A stretch of DNA of 55,693 nt, from IMG/VR virus record IMGVR_UViG_3300049926_000024, positions 1 to 55,693 of that record. The stretch is one strand, 5' to 3'. Both the position numbers and the translations under genes were made by a program. This DNA is from a virus (lineage: Duplodnaviria; Caudoviricetes). The number at the start of each line of letters is the position of its first letter. Position 1 is the first letter of the stretch. Shown here piece by piece: positions 28,345-36,980 of the stretch. A model generated the notes under the pieces. The model was not told where the DNA came from. It searched no databases and was given only the letters and a program-made list of their open reading frames with translations.

Positions 28345-28601
28345 CTACAAACCGTCACCGAAAGTATTAATATTTTAACTGTTAATCTTAGTTAACAGAA
28401 AATGCTGCACTGCAACATAAAAATCCAGTTAATTTCGTCCCGAAAAAATTAAAGTTTCCGTAACAAACGAAAATTCCCAAGCCCCGAACACCTGGAAAAG
28501 CCGCATAAAAGTCACCTCAAAGGTTAAGGTCTTAACCACTTAGCTAAACCCTGACGCTACTGCCGTCCCATAATCTTCCACCATTCCGTTATATAAAGGT
28601 C

Positions 28602-29033
28602 GTCCCCGCTCACCTGGGCAGGAAAGGGCGGGGACTAAACTGACAGTAACCAACTCCGTTAAATTGGCTTTTGCCTCGCAATAAAATTGCGTGAAGGCTA
28701 AACTACTGCCAGTTATTCGATTATTTACCTGGCTATTTTACCCTCGGTCGTCCCGTGGTAAGGCCTGCCAGTTCCCGGAACAGAAGAGCAAGAACCCTCT
28801 TTCACGTCGTGTCTGTTCCCTGCTTCCGACAGTTCGGCATGTTTTGAGGCCTTACACCTGTCATTTATGCCGAAGTATTCCGTGCCACTTTATCGCAAGT
28901 GGCCAGCGGAAAGATTCCAGGGTAGCATGCTTTGTCGGTTACTTTCACCCGATACAAAAGAAGCGGCAGGACGCCCCCTTTGCTCCTAACCAGCCATTAC
29001 TGGCCGCCTGCGTTCTCTTCACCCTTCCAGGTA
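28602..29033 (-). ncRNA. Candidate large structured non-coding RNA
   Basis: More than a dozen complementary segment pairs, G-U pairs and a GUAA tetraloop favouring the minus strand, a crossing helix pair, and no credible minus-strand gene. Confidence 0.6.
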
Positions 29034-29038
29034 TTTCC

Positions 29039-29221
29039 TTATAAACTCTCTTGGTTGACCACAACACCTTCGCATTTACCGCAAAGTGACTGGTCAGTAT
29101 CGTGTTCATTGCAGGTAATTTCTCCGCAATTCTCACATTCAAAATGTTCAGTGCATGTTCCACAAGGCGGGTTATTGTGACAGTAACATGACCTTTCGCA
29201 CCCTTCAACGCAGCCTATCAT
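29039..29221 (-). CDS. Small Cys-rich (Zn-finger-like) protein
   Basis: CYCHNNPPCGTC...CENC...CGKC. Confidence 0.6.
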   Translation of the reverse strand: MIGCVEGCERSCYCHNNPPCGTCTEHFECENCGEITCNEHDTDQSLCGKCEGVVVNQESL

Positions 29222-29372
29222 AATCCCGTTCCCTCTCCCTGGCTATTGACGCATTCCTGCGGCGTTGTCGCCTGTTTTCCAGGGGAAATTCTGGCGCAGG
29301 AACTTCATAACTTCGTGTCGTTCCTTCGTCATACTTCTTCACGTATGTTCCGGTGTTATCCTCTATAACCAT
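29205..29372 (-). CDS. Hypothetical protein with Arg-rich C-terminus
   Basis: Start taken at MVIEDN after GGGAG; contains NRRQRRR. Confidence 0.5.
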   Translation of the reverse strand: MVIEDNTGTYVKKYDEGTTRSYEVPAPEFPLENRRQRRRNASIARERERDYDRLR

Positions 29373-29373
29373 G

Positions 29374-29910
29374 CTAAAAACTCCCGCTGCTATCACAGCT
29401 TCCAAAATCTGAAGAGGAACACGACGAATCACCGCATGAACTGCTATAATCCGAATAACTACTGGAACAGTCCGGCACTGACGCCGGGGAGCTATCCACC
29501 AGGGCATTGACTACAAGCATGGTCGTAAGAACGTCCATTCCCTGCGGGGTTGTTGCTATCGTGACGGCGTCCTCCTTCTGCCCGATTCCGTGAATCCTGT
29601 CTCTTTCATTCCGTGCGGCGAAGAATTCTTTCGGGTCTTTGTAGGTTTCCTTGAATTCAGACATTTCCTGCTTTTGCCTCTCGTAATCCCCCACAGTAGG
29701 GGCAGGTGGAAGTGTCCGTTTCGCTTCTTCCTCCGCCACACGCCTGGCAATAGCCCTGATTGGCTGCTGTTTCTCCAGCCCTTCGGCTATCAGGTTCCGC
29801 ATTTCTTCCCTGAACTTCTCTTCCCGTTGTTCCAGTAGCTGCGCTGCCCTCTTCTCCGCCACAGGGTCGGAAAGAAGCCACGCTGCAAATTTACCTAAAA
29901 ATGATACCAT
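29374..29910 (-). CDS. Hypothetical protein with Ser/Asp/Cys low-complexity tail
   Basis: AAAGGAG RBS; ends DCSSSYSDYSSSCGDSSCSSSDFGSCDSSGSF. Confidence 0.7.
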   Translation of the reverse strand: MVSFLGKFAAWLLSDPVAEKRAAQLLEQREEKFREEMRNLIAEGLEKQQPIRAIARRVAEEEAKRTLPPAPTVGDYERQKQEMSEFKETYKDPKEFFAARNERDRIHGIGQKEDAVTIATTPQGMDVLTTMLVVNALVDSSPASVPDCSSSYSDYSSSCGDSSCSSSDFGSCDSSGSF

Positions 29911-29931
29911 AGTAAAAATCTCCTTTCCGTT

Positions 29932-29960
29932 AAATTACCTGGCCGCTGCATAAAAGTCAA
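29932..29960 (-). promoter_or_regulatory. Sigma70-type promoter with TTTATGCA spacer
   Basis: TTGACT-tttatgcagcggccagg(17)-TAATTT. Confidence 0.75.
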
Positions 29961-29973
29961 CTGATTATTTCAT

Positions 29974-30297
29974 TTAGTGACAACAAACAGGGCATTCGTC
30001 CCAGTCTTCGTATTCATGCGGACACAGAACCGGCGGCGTAGCCTTCTTGTTGAAATAAATGCTGCCCTTCGTCTTAAAGTGCAGGCAGTCCGGCGGCCTT
30101 ACGGTGCAGCTCCACCAGAATTTCAGGAAGTCTTTGCGCGGCTCTTTATACCATTTTCGGTCAAGGTGCTTGCATACCCTGAAAGTGAAATGCAATGCCC
30201 GAATTCCGCACCACAAATAAAGGCCGAATAGTACGGCCAGTATCAGGGCAAACAACCCCCACACTAACCCGCCGGTGTAATAAAATAAGGTTGTCAT
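29974..30297 (-). CDS. Hypothetical protein with N-terminal TM helix and Cys-rich tail
   Basis: 107 aa, tightly packed with neighbours. Confidence 0.6.
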   Translation of the reverse strand: MTTLFYYTGGLVWGLFALILAVLFGLYLWCGIRALHFTFRVCKHLDRKWYKEPRKDFLKFWWSCTVRPPDCLHFKTKGSIYFNKKATPPVLCPHEYEDWDECPVCCH

Positions 30298-30300
30298 TTG

Positions 30301-30672
30301 CTATCGTTTCCTGTTAAGTTGTTCCTGGGCTTGGCCCATGAGGTCTTCGTATGAAGGCTGAACTGGGGGCTGGTCAACAGTCCCTTCTCCCTTACAGTCT
30401 TCACACATTACCCAGTTCACCGCATGAATAAGCGGGGCTTTCCCCCTTCCCTGGCAATGGGCGCAGGTGTATTGCTTCGGTTCGTCCATGCGTGACGTGG
30501 CGAACCACACTTCCCCCTTCCCTTTGACATAATTCAAGGCCTCTAAGATACTTATTGCGTCGTCCTTATGAGTGCATAACGCCATTCTTCTAGGCTGCCC
30601 GTTTATTAGCAGCAACACTTCAAACCCCTGCGGAATTTCCGCCATGCCGAAAGTAACCTGTCTATTTGTCAT
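30301..30672 (-). CDS. Protein with DnaJ-type Zn-finger repeats
   Basis: CAHCQGRG and CEDCKGEG (CxxCxGxG); start taken at MTNRQ. Confidence 0.6.
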   Translation of the reverse strand: MTNRQVTFGMAEIPQGFEVLLLINGQPRRMALCTHKDDAISILEALNYVKGKGEVWFATSRMDEPKQYTCAHCQGRGKAPLIHAVNWVMCEDCKGEGTVDQPPVQPSYEDLMGQAQEQLNRKR

Positions 30673-31219
30673 TTTTAGGCCTCGCATTCGGGAAGTTATC
30701 ATAAAATTTACTGGCGTAGGGCAAGTGGTCAACGTCCCAGGTTCCCGTCTTCCAGAAAGCATCTGGCGCATGCGCTATAACATTCAGCGCATCCATAGGG
30801 CTAGTTTCCACGTCAAAAATACCCCGTTCCACCCACCTATGAATCCAGGCCAGTTGCTCGGTCAGTTTCTTAATTCTCTCCCCTTGTACGTCGGAAGGGG
30901 GTAGTTCATTGCTGCGGTTATTCCATGCGTCCAGGGTTGCGCTAAAGTCTGGCCGGTTAAGGTAGAAGGCCTTCTTTTCCCCTGGCTGCTCAAACCTGGC
31001 AATGCGGAAGCAGTTGAACTTTACCATGGACCGGCAGGCATTACAGTCCACCGCCACGCCGCCCATGTACTCACTTAGGCCGCCAGTATCTTCAACCAGT
31101 ATTACCTTTCCCCTACAGAAGGGGCAGGGTTTAAGCAATCCGTTATTGAAGCTTTCAAAAATGAGGCGGTCGCGGCCTCTATAGTATTCGTAGAATTCTG
31201 TTGCGGTAATGAAGTCCAT
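30662..31219 (-). CDS. Lar-like (restriction alleviation family) Zn-ribbon protein
   Basis: LKPCPFCRG...CNAC...DAWNNR. Confidence 0.6.
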   Translation of the reverse strand: MDFITATEFYEYYRGRDRLIFESFNNGLLKPCPFCRGKVILVEDTGGLSEYMGGVAVDCNACRSMVKFNCFRIARFEQPGEKKAFYLNRPDFSATLDAWNNRSNELPPSDVQGERIKKLTEQLAWIHRWVERGIFDVETSPMDALNVIAHAPDAFWKTGTWDVDHLPYASKFYDNFPNARPKNDK

Positions 31220-31368
31220 TCTTTGATTCCTTGCACTATTTCAGTGAGGTCACGCTGGAAGTTCTCCGCCTTATACCTGTTCGGCTCTCCCTCCCCGCGT
31301 TGTGTTGCCTCTTCCATAAACTTGATTATTTCCTGGCGTTTTTCGCCCCTGTCCCTACTTATTTCCAT
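31102..31368 (-). CDS. Hypothetical protein
   Basis: GGAGGT RBS before MEISRD; 3' end overlaps the next gene. Confidence 0.4.
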   Translation of the reverse strand: MEISRDRGEKRQEIIKFMEEATQRGEGEPNRYKAENFQRDLTEIVQGIKEWTSLPQQNSTNTIEAATASFLKASITDCLNPAPSVGER

Positions 31369-31387
31369 GATAGTTACCTCCCATAGT

Positions 31388-31558
31388 TTAAGCGGTTCTT
31401 CCCTTATCAATTTCGGCCAAAATCTTCCTGGCTAACTCAGGGTCTGATTGAATCCGTCTTTCCAGTTCCCAGCACCTATCACATAATTTAGTCCCTAGAC
31501 TGGAAGTTAGTGTTTTACATAGTCGGCACTCACAAACTGGAATATTTCCTGTTCTCAT
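31388..31558 (-). CDS. Small Zn-finger-like protein (56 aa), not in the ORF track
   Basis: MRTGNIPVCECRLC...LCDRCWELERRI; ATGA overlap with the upstream gene. Confidence 0.55.
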   Translation of the reverse strand: MRTGNIPVCECRLCKTLTSSLGTKLCDRCWELERRIQSDPELARKILAEIDKGRTA

Positions 31559-32694
31559 GCTGCTTTCTCCTTCTCTACCGCTGCCGGTCTGTTGTCAAAA
31601 TCAAAATAATCCAGCATGTGTTCCGCTATCGTGTCTACCGCAATCCGTGCATGCTGTATCTGGAAGCAGCCCAGTAAATAAAAGAACGGGAGCTTCTTAG
31701 GCTCTGTCAAGAGCTTTGCGTTAAGCACGATGGATTTACCCGATACCCTATAATTTTCTTCCATAGCGGCAAGTGTGAGCGATTCCGGTACAAAATCAAG
31801 CATGCCGGTAAGCTTCGTCAGTTTCTTCTGGACGGCGCGGCTTAATGTGGCCTTCGGAAGCTGCGCTACAAAGGCCGGGTAGTGATTTCCATAGAACTTT
31901 TCCAAAGCTTCGGGCTTCTTCCGCATTTTATTGACAAACTGCATGAAGGTTTCTGACGGGCTATGGTACTTCTGGAAGTTCAGGCGGCCTTCCAGAAAGT
32001 CACCCTCTACTGATAGCACGGTCAGAATTGCGTCAACGTTCTTCGTAGACACTAAGGCCTTCACTATTTCCCACTCGGCGTCAAACTGGCTTACTGTCCT
32101 GTCTTCCGTCAGCGATAAATGGCCTTTGAGATTATACCCATAGAAACTTCCCAGTTCAGCAACGCGGATTCCTTTGTAGAAAATGCCCGGCTGGTGGTGA
32201 ATTTCAACGTCCCCCATCACCTGGAAAGCCTCCCCCTGAAGCAGGAATTCCGTGCGCTCGGCGTGGATTTCGTCCAGCCCGTCCACGACTATAGCCGTGC
32301 CGGTGCTCTCAAAATTGTGGCTTTCCGGTCCCAGGAGCGTCCCGCCCTCATCCTGGCAATTGCTCCACAGTTCCCGGTATGCCTGCCACAGTTTCCAGTT
32401 CTTCCCTAGTTCGGTCGTGAAGGGAAGGCGGAATTCTTCCTGGTTCAGTTCATCCACCATATAGATAAACTGGAAGTCCTTACCCCGCACCGTTTCATTG
32501 CGTACTTCAAAACTGAAAAGCCGCTGGTCAGTGCCAAGCTGAATAGCGCAGCCCTCACGAAGCAGGACAGCGATAGCATACTTCAGGCCTGTCCCGAAGT
32601 AACCTATGGGGCTGTCGGTTTGTTTCACGGATACCCCGAACGTCGTAATACATTCCAGGGGAAGGGGTGCTTCGTTGTAAAAAGTGATAGTCAT
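31555..32694 (-). CDS. GHKL/HATPase-like ATPase domain protein
   Basis: FGVSVK...IGYFGTGLKYAIA and AYRELWSNCQDEGG resemble GHKL G-box and N-box motifs. Confidence 0.65.
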   Translation of the reverse strand: MTITFYNEAPLPLECITTFGVSVKQTDSPIGYFGTGLKYAIAVLLREGCAIQLGTDQRLFSFEVRNETVRGKDFQFIYMVDELNQEEFRLPFTTELGKNWKLWQAYRELWSNCQDEGGTLLGPESHNFESTGTAIVVDGLDEIHAERTEFLLQGEAFQVMGDVEIHHQPGIFYKGIRVAELGSFYGYNLKGHLSLTEDRTVSQFDAEWEIVKALVSTKNVDAILTVLSVEGDFLEGRLNFQKYHSPSETFMQFVNKMRKKPEALEKFYGNHYPAFVAQLPKATLSRAVQKKLTKLTGMLDFVPESLTLAAMEENYRVSGKSIVLNAKLLTEPKKLPFFYLLGCFQIQHARIAVDTIAEHMLDYFDFDNRPAAVEKEKAA

Positions 32695-32747
32695 AAAATT
32701 TCCAATAAATAAAATCTATTAATTATTCCCAGAAAATAGCCTTGTGT

Positions 32748-33092
32748 CTAATTACTGGCTTTTTCGGTGGTTGCTTCGCTTATTCTACGCGCCAGCCTGT
32801 TTTTACTGGTAACCAGGCGGCCATAGAGAGATTCACAATAGAGGTGTTCGTATTCCCGTATGACGCCTGAAGTGTCCAGCATTTGGCTGGTTAGGTTCTG
32901 GGCTTCTTCACTTATTTCTTCATTCTCCACGCGGTAGCGTGTTGCACTTCTAAATAAGTCCTGCCCTGCGGCGGTCAGTTTCATCCTGTGGCTGCCTGAA
33001 GCCCCGCCGTGAGGCATGGCAACATGTTCCCCGATAACTCCCAGACCATCCCCGGCAGATTCAAGCAAATATCTTAATGGGTATGTTGTCAT
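32748..33092 (-). CDS. Hypothetical protein
   Basis: 114 aa ORF in the co-oriented cluster. Confidence 0.55.
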   Translation of the reverse strand: MTTYPLRYLLESAGDGLGVIGEHVAMPHGGASGSHRMKLTAAGQDLFRSATRYRVENEEISEEAQNLTSQMLDTSGVIREYEHLYCESLYGRLVTSKNRLARRISEATTEKASN

Positions 33093-33094
33093 AA

Positions 33095-33466
33095 TTATTT
33101 TACTCTTGAAGTTAAAAATTCTATCTCGTCGAGGGCAGAACGCCGCGTGTGGCCTCTTTCTCTAATCAAAGCCTCAATCCAGGCCTCTCTGATTTTCCAC
33201 CCTCCAGGGACGTAATTATCTAGTAGCCTGTCCGCAAACTTGAATTCCCAGTCTTTAGGGGCGTAAATAAAAACAGCCTTCCCCTGGGCTATTATTACCT
33301 GCCTCTTAAAATAGGCCACCCTCTTAACTGCAAGTGACGTAGCTGTCTTCTCAGAGGGGACGCCAAGGAAAGACGTTAGTTCTGTGTCGTCCTGCACTTC
33401 AAAATAATCTCCCCTGTCCTTCGTCTTCTGCCCGTCCCAGGGGCCGCCTATGCAAAGTAATGTCAT
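33095..33466 (-). CDS. Hypothetical protein
   Basis: N-terminal LCIGGPWDG motif, common in small phage proteins. Confidence 0.6.
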   Translation of the reverse strand: MTLLCIGGPWDGQKTKDRGDYFEVQDDTELTSFLGVPSEKTATSLAVKRVAYFKRQVIIAQGKAVFIYAPKDWEFKFADRLLDNYVPGGWKIREAWIEALIRERGHTRRSALDEIEFLTSRVK

Positions 33467-33642
33467 TTCGATTTACCGTATCCTTGTTGCTCTTCTCTAA
33501 TCATTATTGAAACGTTCATGCTGATAGCCTGGCCCCTGGCTTCCGCTTCCTGCATGAACTTATTGTTATCCCTGTGATACTGCTGGGTTAAAACAACATC
33601 ACGTTCTTTGTCCTGTCTCTCCCACTGGTCGGCCATACTCAT
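33463..33642 (-). CDS. Hypothetical protein (59 aa), not in the ORF track
   Basis: GGGGG RBS, MSMADQWERQDKE...; ATGA overlap with the downstream gene. Confidence 0.55.
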   Translation of the reverse strand: MSMADQWERQDKERDVVLTQQYHRDNNKFMQEAEARGQAISMNVSIMIREEQQGYGKSK

Positions 33643-33714
33643 AGTATACCCCCGCGTAATTGAAACTGCTTTAGAAATTCCGTTATATAATATCAGCGCG
33701 TTGCTGATTCTCTA

Positions 33715-33743
33715 ATCTTAAACCCGGACTGCATAAAAGTCAA
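33715..33743 (-). promoter_or_regulatory. Sigma70-type promoter with TTTATGCA spacer
   Basis: TTGACT-tttatgcagtccgggtt(17)-TAAGAT. Confidence 0.78.
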
Positions 33744-33778
33744 CTAACAAAATGCACTTTTATAAAAATATTTTTATA

Positions 33779-34021
33779 TCAGTCTTCATATAGTTCATTC
33801 GCGGCGGCCACCCGGTGGCAGTTTTCGCAGGTGCGCCAGGTGTAAAGCTCCCCGCCGTCCTTTATCGTCTGGCTAACATACTGCTGCCCTGGCTTTATCG
33901 TGCCTCCGCACTCTTTGACCTGGTCCAGAAGCTCCATTTCGCCGGTATTCCACACCATCCAGTAGGCTTCACAGTTATGCTTCTTTCTGGCTTTAGGCTT
34001 AGTTTCCTGTACTAAAATCAT
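33779..34021 (-). CDS. Small Zn-binding hypothetical protein
   Basis: KARKKHNC...CGGTIKPGQQY...CENC. Confidence 0.6.
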   Translation of the reverse strand: MILVQETKPKARKKHNCEAYWMVWNTGEMELLDQVKECGGTIKPGQQYVSQTIKDGGELYTWRTCENCHRVAAANELYED

Positions 34022-34431
34022 TGCTCTGCTCCTCTCATGTAAAACAGTAAATCAACAAAACGTTCAAAAACCTGGCAATCGTTGATTGAAACCCGCAGTT
34101 TTCCGTTGTCCGCGTTGCAGGGGATAGCCCAGGGAATGAAGCAAAACAGTTCTGTCCTGCCCTTTATCCTGAATACTACGAAAACTTCCCCGCCTGCGCT
34201 TCTCCTGGCCCTAGTCCAGTTGATTTGCTGGGGGTTTAGTCCGGTGTCAAAAACGCCGTTCTTCGGAATGCTGTTTAAATATTTGGCCTCAATCCATTTT
34301 TCCCCGTGGTTTCCACAGAAGTTAATATCTGGAACCCCGGAAGACATGCGGTTTTCAATCCGCTGGACATGCTCCCCATACTCCCGCAGGTTTTTGACCA
34401 GGTAATTTACCAGCGTGGTTTCGTTACTCAT
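34018..34431 (-). CDS. VRR-NUC / Holliday-junction resolvase-like PD-(D/E)xK nuclease
   Basis: RIEN...GVPDIN...WIEAK...LNPQQINW...AGG. Confidence 0.8.
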   Translation of the reverse strand: MSNETTLVNYLVKNLREYGEHVQRIENRMSSGVPDINFCGNHGEKWIEAKYLNSIPKNGVFDTGLNPQQINWTRARRSAGGEVFVVFRIKGRTELFCFIPWAIPCNADNGKLRVSINDCQVFERFVDLLFYMRGAEQ

Positions 34432-35363
34432 ACTATCCCCTTCAAAATATGCGCTATTACGTCAACCGTCCAGCCGTTCCCCACGGCAGCGTAACGCTGT
34501 GTCCGTGACAGGCTGGCGGTGTAATTATCTGGAAGCGTCTGTAGCCTCTCAAATTCCAGGGGTGTCAACTTGCGGAACCGCTTGCCGTCCCAGATTACAT
34601 GCTCCCGGCTTAGTGACGTCGTCAGGCAATTGGCCTTTCGGTCGAACCTGGCGGCCATTTCCTTACCACGGCGCGGGCTGAAGTCCCTACCATGCTCTTT
34701 CTGGAACTCACGGCGCATTTTCCTAGCCTCTTCCGTCCTTCTTTCGGTCAGCGCGTAAGGGGCCGGCCCGGTCGGAAGTATCGAACTATCTTGACCTTTC
34801 CAGAACTTCGCCCCTACTTCATATTCAGGCGGCACGGTGTCCATTTCTTCCAGTATCATATCAATGGTGACACCGTTATCGTCTGGAAGGGTGACACCCT
34901 TCATATTTGTCCAGTAAAGGCGTGGCCGCTGCTGGGCGGAAAGAAGGCTGCTGTTAATAAGGAGGGGTTCCACTCCCAGAAGCCGCGTGATAATGTCACG
35001 GTTCGCCTTCGTCATGCTGGCCACATTTTCAAACAGGAAATTTTCCGGCTGCATTTCTTCCTTCACGCGGATAAACTCAAAGAACAGGCCGCTTTTCTCT
35101 CCAGCTAAACCCTGCCGGTCCCTGGAGCAACACGAAAGGTCCTGACAAGGTGACCCCGCCAGTAGCAGGTCTATTTTCCCGTGCTTGTTTCCCTTCACCT
35201 GCCTTATGTCGCCCACCTGAACCGTCAGCGGGTAATGCTTCTGGGTCACAGAAATTGCATGCGGGTCTATTTCACTGGAGAAGTACGACGTTATCGGGAT
35301 TCCCGCCCTCTCCAGGGCAACCTGGCCGCAAGAAATACCGTCGAAGGCTGAAAACACGCGCAT
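34428..35363 (-). CDS. DNA cytosine-5 methyltransferase
   Basis: FDGISCG (motif I), GSPCQ (IV), ENV (VI), QQRPRLYW (VIII), ERLQTLP, GNGW (X). Confidence 0.92.
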   Translation of the reverse strand: MRVFSAFDGISCGQVALERAGIPITSYFSSEIDPHAISVTQKHYPLTVQVGDIRQVKGNKHGKIDLLLAGSPCQDLSCCSRDRQGLAGEKSGLFFEFIRVKEEMQPENFLFENVASMTKANRDIITRLLGVEPLLINSSLLSAQQRPRLYWTNMKGVTLPDDNGVTIDMILEEMDTVPPEYEVGAKFWKGQDSSILPTGPAPYALTERRTEEARKMRREFQKEHGRDFSPRRGKEMAARFDRKANCLTTSLSREHVIWDGKRFRKLTPLEFERLQTLPDNYTASLSRTQRYAAVGNGWTVDVIAHILKGIV

Positions 35364-35554
35364 TATTGCACCCTCTGGACACGGCACTTAGACAAGTCCG
35401 TAGTCACCCACTGCTTAAGCTGGTTATCATAGCCCACGATAGCCAATTGCTTACCGCGAACATCACATTCAATATTACTTACCTGGAAAGTGTAAACGTC
35501 CGGGCCATCTTCCACGCGGACTTTGTCACCTTTCTTCATAGCGGCTTCGGTCAT
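35363..35554 (-). CDS. Hypothetical protein
   Basis: 63 aa, overlaps both neighbours by 1-4 nt. Confidence 0.5.
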   Translation of the reverse strand: MTEAAMKKGDKVRVEDGPDVYTFQVSNIECDVRGKQLAIVGYDNQLKQWVTTDLSKCRVQRVQ

Positions 35555-36246
35555 GGCAAAACCTCATAGAGAATACGAACCGGCCCCGTACATACAGAAG
35601 GGGTAGGCTTTTCCCCGTCAGTATATTCCTGCTGGGCTTCCATAAGCCGCCGGTGTACGATGAACAGCATGCCGTTAGAACTTTCTACCTTCAGCATCCA
35701 GCCTTCTTGATAGGGGAAGCCTGCCCCGTCAGGTTCACCTTCGGCCTTCTCCCGGAACCTAATGCTGTAGACTCTCTCAAATTCCGCCGCCTTAAACTGG
35801 GTCATTTTAGGGTAGGCTACAAACCTATTCCTGTTTCTGGGGTCGATATGTAGCTCTTTCGCGTCAGGGATAAAGGCTATTGTATGCTGTGAAGCCTTCT
35901 TTAGGGATTCATTCACATTCTGCTTTTCAAGGTGACCGTCAATAGAGGCTACAGGTTTCTTATCTACAGCCATAAACCTAGCACCCAGCGCGGCGTAGCC
36001 ACAAATATCCACCAAGTTATCCCGCTTTGCGGCCCCGGTTGTTCCACGTGAAACTTTCATGAGGGTCATTATCATTGCAACGTCAATGCCGGTAAGCTCA
36101 AAGTCCACCTTGAATTTCGTTTTCAAATACCAAGTCCACAGGCTGGCCAGGGCAACGAAGCTGTCAGTCACGTCCCCGTAATCAACGCGCCTGTCCCCTG
36201 CAATAATTTTGTCGGCTTCCGCCAGAATATCGTCGTGTATTGTCAT
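35551..36246 (-). CDS. DUF6378-domain protein with C-terminal extension
   Basis: ILAEADKIIAGDRRVDYGD...ASLW...MKVSR...DNLVDICGYA. Confidence 0.75.
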   Translation of the reverse strand: MTIHDDILAEADKIIAGDRRVDYGDVTDSFVALASLWTWYLKTKFKVDFELTGIDVAMIMTLMKVSRGTTGAAKRDNLVDICGYAALGARFMAVDKKPVASIDGHLEKQNVNESLKKASQHTIAFIPDAKELHIDPRNRNRFVAYPKMTQFKAAEFERVYSIRFREKAEGEPDGAGFPYQEGWMLKVESSNGMLFIVHRRLMEAQQEYTDGEKPTPSVCTGPVRILYEVLP

Positions 36247-36558
36247 TTAAGCTACCTCTCTTACGGGTCTTGTTTGTTTCACCATGTCCTGGAACTTCGT
36301 GCCGGTTTCCTTCACAAAGGGCTTTACCGGTTCCACCTGGACACTTTCCAGTTCGGCCACGGTAGGCACTTTTTCCACTTCGTTCCAGCGTTTCCGAAAG
36401 TCGAAAACCCCTTGCATCATGGTAACAAAGGCACTTCCGAAGATAGCCACGGTCAGCGGGGAACCCTCTGGACTCGCCTGCCGGATTCCGGCGGTAATCA
36501 AAACCCCTATAGAGGTCAAAACCCGTGCTACGGGCATAATATATTTACTTCTTGCCAT
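36247..36558 (-). CDS. Small membrane protein
   Basis: Two hydrophobic segments at the N-terminus. Confidence 0.55.
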   Translation of the reverse strand: MARSKYIMPVARVLTSIGVLITAGIRQASPEGSPLTVAIFGSAFVTMMQGVFDFRKRWNEVEKVPTVAELESVQVEPVKPFVKETGTKFQDMVKQTRPVREVA

Positions 36559-36763
36559 CTTTAGGCCTCTTCTCCTGGAGTTCTCTAAGCTGCCGAAGCA
36601 GGCTATCTATTTTCCTGGTATCTTTCAGGAAGGGGGTTTTGATACGCCTGCACATACTAAGCAGCGCATCACGGGCAGCCTTAAAATCTGCTTCGCTTTC
36701 ATCCTGCCAGGTAGGCTTTCGCTGTTCGGGCAACTGGTCAAAAAGACTGTCTTGTTTACTCAT
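36545..36763 (-). CDS. Hypothetical protein
   Basis: GAGGGGG RBS; overlaps neighbours. Confidence 0.55.
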   Translation of the reverse strand: MSKQDSLFDQLPEQRKPTWQDESEADFKAARDALLSMCRRIKTPFLKDTRKIDSLLRQLRELQEKRPKDGKK

Positions 36764-36956
36764 ACATACCCCCTCTATTTTGGTTCGTAATCTCTGCTAC
36801 CCTACTGTGAATTATCTGGTTTATTTCCTGCGCCCTTTGCACTGCATTATCTATTAACACTGAATAATAGTTCACCGTGTTAGTAATCTCTTCCATTTCA
36901 AGGTGAAGATTCCTTATTTCGGCCTCTAAGTAAGCGGCAGAGTTCACAGGATGCAA
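36756..36956 (-). CDS. Hypothetical coiled-coil protein
   Basis: 66 aa, start uncertain. Confidence 0.45.
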   Translation of the reverse strand: MHPVNSAAYLEAEIRNLHLEMEEITNTVNYYSVLIDNAVQRAQEINQIIHSRVAEITNQNRGGMYE

Positions 36957-36980
36957 GAGAACAACATTGTCCTGTATAAC

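Noticed and set aside
28365-28400. Additional CtrA sites among the TTAA repeats
   Set aside because: Spacings are 3, 4 and 6 nt rather than 7
28470-28555. tRNA-like sequence (minus strand TAGCTAAGTGGTTAAG...GTTCG)
   Set aside because: The D-arm-like start has no matching acceptor stem, anticodon arm or proper T-loop
28602-29033. Group I/II intron, tmRNA, RNase P or hammerhead identity for the structured region
   Set aside because: I could not find their conserved core motifs by eye and no interrupted gene flanks the region; an Rfam search is still needed
28691-29208. ORFs 28691-29044 (+) and 28945-29208 (-)
   Set aside because: No motifs; the first opposes the genome-wide orientation and the second overlaps the better Cys-rich gene; dense base-pairing explains the region better
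35551-36246. 2-aminoadenine or 7-deazaguanine DNA modification pathway
   Set aside because: No PurZ, DatZ, DpdA or Que-like genes recognised; a DUF6378 protein alone is not sufficient evidence
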